Notes: a model not told the origin generated them from the sequence alone. A stretch of DNA of 49,636 nt from Candidatus Velthaea sp. (GCA_050012475.1 JBEKHC010000031.1:1-49636); one strand, 5' to 3'. Shown: positions 27,223-39,948, counted from the stretch's first letter. Translations and numbers: made by a program.

Positions 27223-28269
27223 ATAAGACGCGAACGAAATTCGCCCGTCGCGGTGAGTGTGCTCTCCCTGGGATTACTGCTTCCTTTCGGAGCCGGAGCC
27301 TTCCCCGACCGCGCCATCGCGGTCCTCACGGATGCCGCCGCGCCGACCCCGGCCAAGCACGTCGTCTTCCTCAACGGATCCGTTCGCGAGACCGTCGAGA
27401 CGCGGACGGCCACCGTTGAGGGCTTCCTGCACGAGCGCGGCATTTCGCCCGCTCCAGACGACAGCGTATCGTACGATCTGAGCGCTGCGATGCACGACGG
27501 TGTGACCATCGCCTATCGCCCGGCCCTTCCGGTCGACGTCGTCGTCGACGGCGTCACCCATTCGTTCCGCAGTTCGGCCCCGACCGTCGGCGCCGCGCTG
27601 AGCGCCCAGCACCTGGACGCCGGTCCGCACGACACGGTCGTTCCGGCTCAGCAGACCGCGCTCGAAGCGGATTCCACGATCCGCATTACCCGCGCGACGT
27701 CCTGGCTCGAGCGGATCCGGACCGCCATCGAACCGCCGGTGCGCCGCAAATACGATATCGGACTGGTCACCGGCTCCCAGCGAGTCGTCGATCCGGGCAA
27801 AGCCGGCACCAAGGAAACCACGGTTGAAATGCTCCGGCCCGACGCCTCGGCCGCCCCGCATCGAGTTTGGCTCGCCGCCCGCGTCCTGCGTTTTCCGCGT
27901 GCGAAAGTCGTCGCCGAAGGCGTCGGCGACTATTCGTCCTTGGCCGGAGTCGCTCGGCGCGGCATGTCCGGCACGGTGCGCCTGGCCGACGCCGCCCTGC
28001 GGATGGTCGCGACCGCGTACACGGCGGGCTGCGACGGCTGCTCGGGGATCACCGCCTCCGGCCGGCCGGCCGGCCACGGGATCGTCGCAGTCGATCCCCG
28101 TTACATCCCCTTGGGCACGCACCTCTACATCCCCGGGTACGGTCAGGCGACGGCCGGCGACACCGGCGGCGCGATCCGCGGCAACCGCATCGATTTGGGC
28201 TTCGAATCGCATCGGGACGCGATGAAGTTCGGCCGCCGCCCGATCGTCGTCTACGTTTTCGACAAGTAG
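27223..28269 (+). CDS. YabE/SpsB-like cell-wall protein: DUF348 repeats, G5 domain, 3D lytic transglycosylase domain (start uncertain)
   Basis: Ubiquitin-like repeats (TVEGFLHERGI..DDSV); MVATAYT..GITASG..VAVDPRYIPLGT..DTGGAIRGNRID; SD AAGGAG 6 nt before an in-frame ATA. Confidence 0.9.
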   Translation: MRRERNSPVAVSVLSLGLLLPFGAGAFPDRAIAVLTDAAAPTPAKHVVFLNGSVRETVETRTATVEGFLHERGISPAPDDSVSYDLSAAMHDGVTIAYRPALPVDVVVDGVTHSFRSSAPTVGAALSAQHLDAGPHDTVVPAQQTALEADSTIRITRATSWLERIRTAIEPPVRRKYDIGLVTGSQRVVDPGKAGTKETTVEMLRPDASAAPHRVWLAARVLRFPRAKVVAEGVGDYSSLAGVARRGMSGTVRLADAALRMVATAYTAGCDGCSGITASGRPAGHGIVAVDPRYIPLGTHLYIPGYGQATAGDTGGAIRGNRIDLGFESHRDAMKFGRRPIVVYVFDK

Positions 28270-28310
28270 ACACCGCCGACGGGCCCGAGCGCCAACTCCA
28301 TCCGCGCGCG

Positions 28311-29114
28311 CTGCTCGGGCAGTACGGCATTCGGCCGAAAAAACGGCTGGGACAGCATTTTCTCATGGATCGCGGAGCGGCGGCGCGCATCGCCCGGCTC
28401 GCGGTCGGCGCCCCGGGCGAACGCGTCGTCGAAATCGGTGCCGGCACGGGTGCCCTCACCCACGCGCTGCTGAGAGCCGGAGCCGACGTCACCGCGTTCG
28501 ATGTCGACCCCGAGATGGTCGCAATTTTGCGCGGCCAGACCGACCTTGCGGCTGCGACCATCCTGTGTGCCGATGCGCTGGCGTTCGATTATCGCGGCTG
28601 GGCCGGTCAGACGGCGTGGGTCGCCGCCGGCAACCTGCCCTATAACATCGCGACCCCGCTGCTGCTGCAGTTGGCCGGGGCGCCCCGGCCGCCCGAACGC
28701 ATCGTCGTCATGATCCAGCGCGACGTCGCAGACCGGTTGACCGCCGAGCCCAGTACCCCCAGCTACGGCAGCCTGACCGTGGCGATCCGGCTGCGCCTGC
28801 AAGTGGAGCGCGCGTTCGTGGTCGGCCCGGCGCAGTTTTATCCGCGGCCGAACGTGAATTCCGCCGTCATCGTCCTGCGCCCGTATGCGGTCCCGCCCGT
28901 CACGGTGAGCGATGAAGCCAACTTCGAGCGGGTAGTGCGGGGAGCGTTCGCGTACCGCCGAAAGACGGTCGCCAACGCGCTTTCGCTATCGCTCGCCGTA
29001 CCGCGGGAACGGATCACGGACGCCTTACGCACGCTCCATCTAAGTCCGGAGATACGTGGAGAAGCTCTCGACCTCGCAACTTTCGCCGCTCTCGCCGACG
29101 CGCTGGCCGGCTGA
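28311..29114 (+). CDS. rsmA: 16S rRNA m6,2A1518/1519 dimethyltransferase KsgA (start uncertain, apparently non-canonical)
   Basis: KKRLGQHFL, EIGAGTG, GNLPYNIATP, MIQRDVADRL, FYPRPNVNS and RRKT. Confidence 0.95.
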   Translation: MLGQYGIRPKKRLGQHFLMDRGAAARIARLAVGAPGERVVEIGAGTGALTHALLRAGADVTAFDVDPEMVAILRGQTDLAAATILCADALAFDYRGWAGQTAWVAAGNLPYNIATPLLLQLAGAPRPPERIVVMIQRDVADRLTAEPSTPSYGSLTVAIRLRLQVERAFVVGPAQFYPRPNVNSAVIVLRPYAVPPVTVSDEANFERVVRGAFAYRRKTVANALSLSLAVPRERITDALRTLHLSPEIRGEALDLATFAALADALAG

Positions 29115-29820
29115 CGCCTTTTCAGCCCGCCGGTGTCTGGTCTTCGTCGCCGGCGTCGGCGTGGCGTTTGCCCTCGGGCTCGTATGCGCCTCCATCGCGG
29201 TCCTGCTGGGCGGCCCGGCGCCAATCCGGTCAGGGAAGAACCTTCAGCTGACCGGCGGCCTGCTCTTGGCGCAAATCGTGGCCTACGTTCCGCTGCTCGC
29301 GGCGGCGCTGCCGCTGCTGCCGTACACCGCCCGGCGCACGCTGCGCGAAATCGGCCTGCACGCCCCGACCTTTAGTGACGCCCGCGCCGGCGCGCTCGGG
29401 ACGATCGCCATGTACGTCTTCGCCGAAGCCGCCGCGCTGTTGCAAAAATTCGCGCTGCACGTCGAGGGGACGCAGCAGGCGGTGCGGCTGTTCGGCACCA
29501 CGCACGATCGCACGCTCATCTACGGCCTCATCATCCTGGCCGTCTTCATCGCGCCCGTCGTCGAAGAACTCATCTTTCGCGGCTTCGTGTTCAACGCGCT
29601 GCTGCGCTACGTCAATGTCGGGCTCGCGGCGGTCGTGAGCGGGATGATCTTCGGGCTCGCGCATTTCGATGCGACCGCGTTCTTTCCGCTGGCTTGCGGC
29701 GGCGTCGTTTTGGCCTTGGTCTACTATCGCACTGGCTCGCTCACCGCTTCGATGCTCACGCACGGAGGCTTCAACGCGGTCAACGTCGCGCTCGTTTTGA
29801 TCACCGGTGGCAAAGGCTGA
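29056..29820 (+). CDS. CPBP (CAAX/Abi) intramembrane metalloprotease (start uncertain)
   Basis: EELIFRG, FGLAH and HGGFN motifs; multiple TMs. Confidence 0.9.
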   Translation: MEKLSTSQLSPLSPTRWPADAFSARRCLVFVAGVGVAFALGLVCASIAVLLGGPAPIRSGKNLQLTGGLLLAQIVAYVPLLAAALPLLPYTARRTLREIGLHAPTFSDARAGALGTIAMYVFAEAAALLQKFALHVEGTQQAVRLFGTTHDRTLIYGLIILAVFIAPVVEELIFRGFVFNALLRYVNVGLAAVVSGMIFGLAHFDATAFFPLACGGVVLALVYYRTGSLTASMLTHGGFNAVNVALVLITGGKG

Positions 29821-30857
29821 CGACCCGGCTGGCCGTCGATGCCATCAATCTGCGTGCGGATCAACGCGGCATGGGACGCTACATCCGCCCGCTGCTGCGC
29901 GATCTCGGCGCGCGGCCGGACGTCGCGTTGACGCTCCTCGTGCGCGATCCGCGCGCCGCTCCGGCCTATCGCTCGATCGTCGGCGAAGGCGTCGACGTCG
30001 CGCCGCTCTCGGCCGCCCGCGACCGGCGTGCCTTCGATCGCGTTTGGTATCCGTGGAACGGCATGCGGTTCGCAGCGAGCGCGCCAGCCCTCGTCACGAT
30101 CAATGACGACTTCGCGTTCGCCTATCCGGCGCGCGGGCTGATCGCACGACGCCGCGAACAAGCTCCGATTCGCCGCGCGGTGCGCTCGGCTGCGCATTTT
30201 TCGACGATCTCCGCGTGGTCGCGAACCGCGCTGATCGACCGTTTCGCGTTGTGTCCGGAACGGATCAGCGTCGTGCCGCTGGGACCCGACCCGTATTTCT
30301 CGCCGGGTGCCGAAACGTCGCCGTTCGCGGAGCCGTTCGTGCTCGCGGTCGGAACCGGCGAGACGCGCAAGAACGTCGCCTTTCTGATCGATGTCTTCGA
30401 GCGCGCGTTTCCCGGACGCGACGTGCTGCTGGCGATCGTCGGCAACCCGGAGACGACGCTGCGCGCTCGCCTGCGCGCGGCGCACGCGCCGATTGCGACG
30501 TTGACGCACGTCGACGACGAACAGTTGCGCCGGCTCTATCGAACGGCGGCGGCGGTGGCCGTTCCATCGCTGGCCGAAGGCTTCGGGCTGGTGGCCGCCG
30601 AGGCGCAAGCCTGCGGCGCCCCCGTCATCGCGGCCAATACCAGCGCACTGCCTGAAGCCGTGGGCGACGCCGGCATCTTGCTCGATCCCGCCGACGAGGC
30701 CGGCTGGGCGGCGGCGCTGCGCGAATTGATTGCCGATCCGGAGGCAAACGCCCGCTATCGCGCACTCGCCCTTGCGCGCTGGCCGCCGGCTTCAGCGCAG
30801 CGGACGTTGGACGGGCTGTTGGCGGCCCTCGAGCGCACCGTCGACGATCGCGTTTAG
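29817..30857 (+). CDS. GT4 glycosyltransferase (probable CTG start)
   Basis: RLAVDA..GMGRY, RKNV and SLAEGFGLVAAEAQACG. Confidence 0.9.
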   Translation: MTTRLAVDAINLRADQRGMGRYIRPLLRDLGARPDVALTLLVRDPRAAPAYRSIVGEGVDVAPLSAARDRRAFDRVWYPWNGMRFAASAPALVTINDDFAFAYPARGLIARRREQAPIRRAVRSAAHFSTISAWSRTALIDRFALCPERISVVPLGPDPYFSPGAETSPFAEPFVLAVGTGETRKNVAFLIDVFERAFPGRDVLLAIVGNPETTLRARLRAAHAPIATLTHVDDEQLRRLYRTAAAVAVPSLAEGFGLVAAEAQACGAPVIAANTSALPEAVGDAGILLDPADEAGWAAALRELIADPEANARYRALALARWPPASAQRTLDGLLAALERTVDDRV

Positions 30858-31940
30858 CCGTTCGACGAAGCGGGCCGGCGCGAAGGTTTCGGCGTGCGCG
30901 CGCAAGCGCGCGGGTGCGTACCGCGCCGGATCGAAGTCGCGCAGCGCTTGGGCCAGCGAGGCGGCGTTGGGCTCGCGGAAAAACGCGCCGGTTTCGCCCT
31001 CGACGATGGTTTCGAGCGCGCCGCCCGCGGCCAGCGCGATGGTCGGGCGCCCAGCGGCGGCGGCCTCGAGCGGCACCAGTCCGAAATCCTCGGTGCCCGG
31101 CAAGATCGCCGCCCGTGCGTTCCCGACGATCCGGTCGACGGCGCGATCATCGACATACCCGTGGAACGTCGTGCGGGTTCCCGCGGCCCGTTCGCGCAGC
31201 GTGGCCTGCGCCGGACCACTGCCGATGATCTGCAGCGGCACGCCGGCCTGGGCGCAGCCGGCGATCGCGAGGTCGATGTTCTTGTACGACAGCAAACGCG
31301 AGACCAGCACGAAGTAATCGCCGGCGCCCGGTCCAACGGTGAAGCGATCGACGTCGACCGGACATGGCAGCACCTTCGAGTCGCGACCGTAGTACTGCCG
31401 GATGCGCGCGGCGACGTTGTGCGAATTCGCGACGAACAGCGTCGGACGCTGCGCAGCGCGTTTGTCCCAGGCGATCAATCCTTGCACGAGCGGACGCGCC
31501 AACTGGGCCACGCCGAATCCACCCACATAACGCTCGTAGTCGAACGCGAACCGGCTCACGGTGTTGATGTAGCAGATGTGCACGGCGCCGGGCCGGGCGA
31601 TGACGCCCTTCGCCCACGACGTCGTCGAGCTGATGACCAGGTCGTACGCCCGCAAATCCAGACTCTCGAACGCCAACGGATAGAGCGGCGCGAGCGCGCG
31701 AAAATAGCGGTCGTGCCCTGGCAAGTGCTGCAAAAACGTGGTCCGCACGCGCCGGGCCGGCACCAGATCGGCCAATTCACGTTCGCTGTAGATCGAGGTA
31801 TAGATCGGAGCCTGCGGATACGCTGCGGCGATATGCGCGAAGACACGTTCGGCACCGCCGCGCTGGTTGAGATAGTCGTGAACGAGAGCAACCCGCAGCG
31901 TTGCATCGCCGCCGGACTGCCGGACGCGCGCGCCGATCAG
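30792..31940 (-). CDS. GT4 glycosyltransferase, WbaZ-like mannosyltransferase (probable CTG start at 31940 or 31898)
   Basis: RVALVHDYLNQRGGAERV and EDFGLVPLEAAAAGRP. Confidence 0.9.
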   Translation of the reverse strand: MIGARVRQSGGDATLRVALVHDYLNQRGGAERVFAHIAAAYPQAPIYTSIYSERELADLVPARRVRTTFLQHLPGHDRYFRALAPLYPLAFESLDLRAYDLVISSTTSWAKGVIARPGAVHICYINTVSRFAFDYERYVGGFGVAQLARPLVQGLIAWDKRAAQRPTLFVANSHNVAARIRQYYGRDSKVLPCPVDVDRFTVGPGAGDYFVLVSRLLSYKNIDLAIAGCAQAGVPLQIIGSGPAQATLRERAAGTRTTFHGYVDDRAVDRIVGNARAAILPGTEDFGLVPLEAAAAGRPTIALAAGGALETIVEGETGAFFREPNAASLAQALRDFDPARYAPARLRAHAETFAPARFVERLNAIVDGALEGRQQPVQRPLR

Positions 31941-33226
31941 TTGATTTGTGATTTGCCGCGCGGCACGATCAACGCGACGGTGAACTTGCGCAGATACGTC
32001 TGCGCAACCCGCAGCACGTCGGCCGAGGTGGTCGCATCGATCGCGGCCAGCGCGGTTTGCCCATAATCGGGATCGGCGCCTTGTTCGACGAAGTTGCTGA
32101 TCGACCAGGCACGGTCGGCCAGCGAGACCGATTCCGTCTGCCATTCGCCGTGCGCGATCGACTTATAGCGCTTGAGTAACACCGGCGTGAGCGCCTTGTT
32201 CGCCACGTCCTTGAGCACTTCGTCGACGCTGCCAAGTCCGGCGGTCGGCTCGACTTGCTGCCCGTTGATATAGACGGCCAGCGACGCGGGCTTGGTGTCG
32301 TAGTTGTAGATCACGCCGACCGTGCGGGCGTACGCCGGCAACGTCGTCGCGCTCTGCCGATCGAAGACGTCGGCGAACAGCGAGCGCAGCACGAGCATCG
32401 GGCCAAAATCTTTATCGCCGATCGAGGGCGCGGCAAAGCCCAGCATCACGTACGGAACGCCGATGTCGCGCTGCGCAACGATGCGTTTGGGGGTCGGCGC
32501 GAAAGCGCGCGAGGTCGTCACGACGCTTTCGTCGGTGCCGTCCGGGAGCGCCGAAACCAGCGCGCGCCCCGCGGCTGCGACCGGTGCGGTGACATGACCG
32601 ACTGCGGTGACGATCGCTCCACCGCGCCGGTAGTGCGCGCCGATGAAACTGCGCACGTCGGCGTCGACGAAGTTCGCCAGCGTCGCCGTCGTGCCGTTGG
32701 TCGGCAGTCCGGCTCCGCCGTCGTAGTACGACTGGCGCAGCATCGCGATGCCGACGGCGACCGGATTGTTCTCATCGTCGGTGATGCGCTTGGTGACCGC
32801 GCTGCGCGCGGCAGCCAGGGCGGCCGGCGTAATCGTCGGCGCCGCCAATGCGCGGCCCAGCAGCGCCGCCAGCGGCGCGATCGAAGCCGGTGACGCTTCT
32901 AAATAGAAACGCGCGTATTGCGGACCGATCGCGTACGTCAACGAACCGCCGCGCGCGGCGATCGCATCGCTCAGCGACATCCCGTTGACCGGCGTTTGCA
33001 AGATCGTCTGCGCGGCGAGCGCAGCGAGGCCGTTCTGCTGCGCGCTCTCGCGGTCCAATCCCGCACCGACGAACAATTCCAAGCCGGCTAAGAGCGCCGT
33101 GTCGTCGCTTTGCAGATATAGTTTTCCGGCGCCCACTTCGAGTTCGGTCGTCTTCGCCGGCGTGGCATACGCGCCGGCGGCGAGCGCAACGACGAGTGCC
33201 GCGGTAAGAGCCGTCCGCACCATCAC
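31937..33226 (-). CDS. Secreted M16 (insulinase) family homologue lacking HXXEH
   Basis: Signal peptide; GLDRES..NGLAALAAQTIL at the zinc-motif position; C-terminal IDATTSADVLRVAQTYL. Confidence 0.8.
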   Translation of the reverse strand: MMVRTALTAALVVALAAGAYATPAKTTELEVGAGKLYLQSDDTALLAGLELFVGAGLDRESAQQNGLAALAAQTILQTPVNGMSLSDAIAARGGSLTYAIGPQYARFYLEASPASIAPLAALLGRALAAPTITPAALAAARSAVTKRITDDENNPVAVGIAMLRQSYYDGGAGLPTNGTTATLANFVDADVRSFIGAHYRRGGAIVTAVGHVTAPVAAAGRALVSALPDGTDESVVTTSRAFAPTPKRIVAQRDIGVPYVMLGFAAPSIGDKDFGPMLVLRSLFADVFDRQSATTLPAYARTVGVIYNYDTKPASLAVYINGQQVEPTAGLGSVDEVLKDVANKALTPVLLKRYKSIAHGEWQTESVSLADRAWSISNFVEQGADPDYGQTALAAIDATTSADVLRVAQTYLRKFTVALIVPRGKSQIN

Positions 33227-34550
33227 TTTGACGTGTTCTCCGCCTTCTTGGCCGCATCGACCGCGACGATCGCACCGGGCCGGCTCAGATACTTGTTGAC
33301 CGTGGCGGCGACGAACGCCGGCGTCAGCGACGACGCGATCTCGAAATAGCGGCTGCTCATGCCACCCAACCCCGGCGCGTACGCTTGATTTCCTTCGACC
33401 GTATACCAGCCCAGCGTATCGGCCATGCCGCCGGGTGTTTCGATGTCGCTGAGCATGTGATAGAGAAAGGCATCGCGCGCGGCCGCGAACGTGGCCCGCT
33501 CGAGCGGCTTGCGCACGGCAGCCAGCGCGTCGTCGACGACCATCCGCGCCGCTGCGACATCGCCTCCGGAGATCGTCACCAGCAGCACGCCCGGATCGTG
33601 GTAGGTCACGAACTTCCCGCTCACCGTCGCCTTCGTCGTCCCCAGGTCCCGCTGAACGACTCCGGTGTCCGGGCGAAACAGATAGTCCGAAATGAAATCC
33701 AATGCGGTCGCTTCACGTTCGGAAGTGATCGCCGGCCCGACCCAGCCCAAGCCCTGGCCGGGCTCGACGCCCGTCGTCGCGACCGGCTGCGGCTCGGGGA
33801 CGAGGTGCGCGGCGGCCGGCGGTTCCGGATGCGGCGACGAATCGGTGCGCCCGGGAACGGCCGTCGCGATGACCGACGCGTCGACGGCGCCGGTGACCAC
33901 CAAAACCGCGTTCGAGGAGCGGAACGCTCGCTGCGCATACGCCTTGACTTGATCGAGGGTGATCTTCGAGACGTCGGCCGACGGACCCAACGACGGAAAA
34001 TGCTCCGGGCCGTCGCTGAAGAGCGATCCGACGAGCGCGTCGTCGATCGTCTGCTCGGAATTGAATTGGCGAAAGAAGGCTTCCTCGCCGACGTCGCGTT
34101 GGGCGAGCTTGAGGCCGTCGGCCGTCACCACCGGGGCGAAGAACGACACGGTCATGGCGTGCACGATACTTGCCGCGTCTTCGGCGGGAACGAGAACCGA
34201 GATCGCGATGCTGTCGGGATAGGTGCTGATCGCGATGCGGCCGCCCAGGTCGCTGACGTAGCGGCCCAGCGGCGTCCCGGTGATCGGCGCCGACCCGGCC
34301 ACGGTCGCGGCGGCCAGCCGGCCCAGGCCAGGGACGCCCGCAGCGTCGAAACCGCTGGACGGCGCGCGGTACCAGAGAGCGATGGCGGCAACCGGAGCGA
34401 TCTCGGTGTGGCTGATCACGTACTGACCGCCGCCGGCGAGGGCGCCGCTGGTGAGGTTCGCCGGGGCTTGCGGCGCGGCCGCGAACGCCGGCAAAAGAGC
34501 AGACACGGTGAAGGCCGCGGCGAGCGCGGCCTTCCAGACGGTCTGCCGCG

Positions 34551-34554
<4 letters not shown>
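33223..34554 (-). CDS. Secreted M16 (insulinase) family homologue lacking HXXEH
   Basis: Signal peptide from GTG 34554; ALWYRAPSS..PGLGRLAAATV; ITLDQVKAYAQRAFRSSNAVLVVTG. Confidence 0.8.
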
Positions 34555-36464
<1,910 letters not shown>

Positions 36465-36586
36465 GTACTGTAAGCGAGGCTCCCAGCGCCGGTTCAATCT
36501 GAGGAGAACGTCTTCCCCGGACCGTTACCGTCGACAGATTAGAACGTTTCTCCTCGGAACACGTTTCGCCGCTCGGGCGTTCCGGC

Positions 36587-37148
<562 letters not shown>

Positions 37149-37162
<14 letters not shown>

Positions 37163-38015
37163 GCGGTCCTCCGGCTTGGTGCTCGACACCGGGTTTAAGG
37201 AAGACCCGGCGCCCCGGCCGCGCATCGAGCGCGGCCTCGATGCGCTCGAACGGAATGTCCCGCAACTCCCCTTGCTCGGCCAGCTGGGCCCGCAGCCGGC
37301 GCCGCGCGGCGACGCGCTGACCCCCCGCAAGCTCGTCGCGCACGATCTCCGCGCAGCGGGCGACCGACCGATCGAGCTGCGGAAAGTCAGCTCGCAACTC
37401 CACCAGCGCAGCGCGGACGGCATTGCGCCGGTAGCGCCGCTCGCGATTCGTCGGATCCAGCGCGTAAGGCAGGCCGCTGCGGTAGAGTTCGTCCAGCAGG
37501 TCGGCGTGCGTGACGCGCAGCAGCGGCCGCAGCAATTGCAACCCGCCGGGCAGCTCGCTGACCGGCGCCATCCCCGCCAACCCCGCCAGACCCGTGCCGC
37601 GGAAGAGGGCCAGCAGGACGGTCTCGGTTTGATCGGCGGCGGTATGCGCCGTGGCGATGGCCCAGGCGCCGTGTTCGGCCGCGATCTTCGCCAGGGCCGC
37701 GTAACGCTCGGTGCGCAGGGTCGCTTCGTCGTCGCGCCCGGGCGCCGGCGCCGCGACCCGTACAACGCGACCGAGCCGCGATGCGACGGACAGCACCACG
37801 CCTTCGTCCTGCCACGCGGAGTCGCGCAGTCCGGCGTTCACGTGGGCGAAGACCAGGTCGAAGCACTCCCGGCGCGCCACCCGATCCAGCGAAGCCGCCA
37901 TACCGACCGAGTCGGGACCGCCGCTGCACGCCACCACGACGGTGCTGCCGCGCCGCCACGGCACGGCTGCGCGAACGAGCGAATCGAGCGCGCGCTCGGG
38001 CTTAGCGCCGCGCAA
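37149..38015 (-). CDS. tilS: tRNA(Ile)-lysidine synthase (short form)
   Basis: VACSGGPDS PP-loop, TAHTAADQTET, RPLL and DPTN..RRNAVR; tilS-hpt-ftsH synteny. Confidence 0.92.
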
Positions 38016-38517
38016 CGCGCTCGAGTTCGCGCTTCACGTCGCGCTCCGCTTCGGTCCGGCGCTTGTCCCAGGTCTTCTTCCCGCGCGCCAAGCCGATGAG
38101 GATCTTGACCATGCCGGTCTTGTGTCCGTCGGTGCCGGGCTCGGTGAAAAACAGCCGCAAAGGAATCAGCGTCAGACCTTTCTCGGAAAGGCGCGATGCA
38201 AAGCGCTCGATTTGCTCGCGATGCATGAGCAGCTTGCGCGGCCGGCCAGGCTCGTGATTGGAGAAGCTCCCCTCTTTGTAGGTTGGGATCGTCATCGAGA
38301 CGAGCCAGGCCTCGCCCTCGCGGATGCGCACGTACGCTTCGCTGATCGAAGCGCCCGCGCCGGTCCGCAATGCTTTGATCTCGGTTCCGACGAGCGCGAT
38401 GCCCGCAACGACGGTCTCGGTGATCTCGTACTCGTAGCGCGCGCGGCGATTTTCCAAGGTTGGCGATTTGACCGGAGCTTCGCGCGCGGCCACGCGCGCC
38501 GCCTTCATCTTGGCCAT
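38002..38517 (-). CDS. smpB: SsrA-binding protein
   Basis: ENRRARYEY, GIALVGTEIKALR, RKLLMH and GKKTWDKR. Confidence 0.97.
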   Translation of the reverse strand: MAKMKAARVAAREAPVKSPTLENRRARYEYEITETVVAGIALVGTEIKALRTGAGASISEAYVRIREGEAWLVSMTIPTYKEGSFSNHEPGRPRKLLMHREQIERFASRLSEKGLTLIPLRLFFTEPGTDGHKTGMVKILIGLARGKKTWDKRRTEAERDVKRELERVARR

Positions 38518-38523
38518 CGAGAA

Positions 38524-38991
38524 TTATACCGTTCCGGGGGCTGCGAGGTTGCCGAACCGCCCCGGCTCAACCGGTCCCAAACTCGCAAACGATCCTTCGG
38601 CGCTGGCCAAGAGCGCTCCGGCGGCATCGCGGACAAAGCCTTCGACTTTGAGGATCTTGCCGCGCTTGGAGCACACCCGGCCTTCGAGCGTGAGCGGTTC
38701 GCCCAAGGGTACGGGACCGCGAAAGCGCACGGCAACGGCTGCCGTCACGACCTTCTCGCCGGCGTTGCCGCTGGCGTGGGCCATGACCTCGTCGAGCAGC
38801 AACATCACGATTCCGCCGTGCGCGATGCCGCGGTAGCCTTGCAGGTGCGACGCCAGCGTCACCGTTGCGCGCGCGCCGTCGCTGCCCACCGGCTCGAAAC
38901 GCAGCTGCAGACCATCGGGATTGTGCGGGCCGCACGCGTAGCAGGCGCCGTCGTCGACGGGCTGCTCGGCGGCCGGAGAACGCGCCGTCAT
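38524..38991 (-). CDS. PaaI-family (hotdog) thioesterase
   Basis: CYACGPHNPDGL and GIAHGGIVMLLLDE. Confidence 0.88.
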   Translation of the reverse strand: MTARSPAAEQPVDDGACYACGPHNPDGLQLRFEPVGSDGARATVTLASHLQGYRGIAHGGIVMLLLDEVMAHASGNAGEKVVTAAVAVRFRGPVPLGEPLTLEGRVCSKRGKILKVEGFVRDAAGALLASAEGSFASLGPVEPGRFGNLAAPGTV

Positions 38992-39944
38992 TCCGCGCGC
39001 GGGGGCGGCGTCGACTTACGCGGATCGTAGTCGCCGTTGTCGATTTTCCGCAGCAGCGTCGCAGCGACCACGGCATCGACGTTGGCGGCGATCGACGCCC
39101 GCAAGACCCGCCGCGCGTCGTCGGTCTTCCGCTCGTTCAGATAGATCCGGGCCAGCAGCGTGTAGCCGTGCTGGCCCGCTTCTCCGACGTGGCCGATGTC
39201 CTTCTCGAGTCCGACGGTGGCGTACTTGATCGCTGCGGCGGGTTGAGCCAAATCATCGAACAGCGACGCGATGTGATAATAGATGTCGGCGTACTCCGGG
39301 GCGAGGTTCGGAATGTCGATCGCGTACGCCAATCCGCGTTGCGGATCGCGCAGATCGGTTTGGTAGATCGAGGCCAAGTACTCGCGCGCGAGCACGTTGC
39401 CGTCGTCTGCCTGCAGCGCGGCGAGAAACTCGACCTTGGCGCGATTCGTGCTGCGCTCGGTCGCGCGCAGAATGCCCAACCCCACGTGCGCTGCCGGCGC
39501 ACGCGGATCGAGCGCCAGCGCGGCAGTGAGTTCCTCGCGTGCGTCGGCGTCGCGGTCGCGTCCCGACTGCGACGCAAACAGATACGAAAAGGCCAGCCGC
39601 ACGTGGGTGAGATAATCGGCCGGGCGTTTCCCCAACGCGTCCTCTTCGCGGTCGATGAGCGCGTCGAGATCGCCCGGCGTTTGCATCGCGGTCGCGTTCA
39701 AAAATGCGATCGCCAGCGTGTTGTCGGGGATCACGCCCAATGCCCGCTCGAACGAGCGGCGCGCGGCCGTGAAGTCACGCTGATAAAAGGCGCGCAAGCC
39801 GGCGGCGAGCGGCGTGCCGAAGGCTCGATCGGCGTAGTCGTTGCGCGGGTTCGCCGCCGGCTCCGCGGCCGCGGCGTCAACCGCCGGCGCGCCCGTCCAC
39901 ATCGCGATCGTGAGCGCGGCGCCGGCGGCAATTCGTTGCAGCAA
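38988..39944 (-). CDS. Secreted TPR-repeat protein
   Basis: Signal-like N-terminus from TTG 39944; TPR-like ALALDPRAPAAHVGLG repeats. Confidence 0.8.
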   Translation of the reverse strand: MLQRIAAGAALTIAMWTGAPAVDAAAAEPAANPRNDYADRAFGTPLAAGLRAFYQRDFTAARRSFERALGVIPDNTLAIAFLNATAMQTPGDLDALIDREEDALGKRPADYLTHVRLAFSYLFASQSGRDRDADAREELTAALALDPRAPAAHVGLGILRATERSTNRAKVEFLAALQADDGNVLAREYLASIYQTDLRDPQRGLAYAIDIPNLAPEYADIYYHIASLFDDLAQPAAAIKYATVGLEKDIGHVGEAGQHGYTLLARIYLNERKTDDARRVLRASIAANVDAVVAATLLRKIDNGDYDPRKSTPPPRAE

Positions 39945-39948
39945 CCGC

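Noticed and set aside
36505..36570. LexA boxes upstream of ftsH
   Set aside because: The GAAC-containing sites do not fit GAAC-N4-GTTC spacing.
38002..38523. tmRNA (ssrA) next to smpB
   Set aside because: There is no intergenic space and no tRNA-like GGGG...CCA ends nearby.
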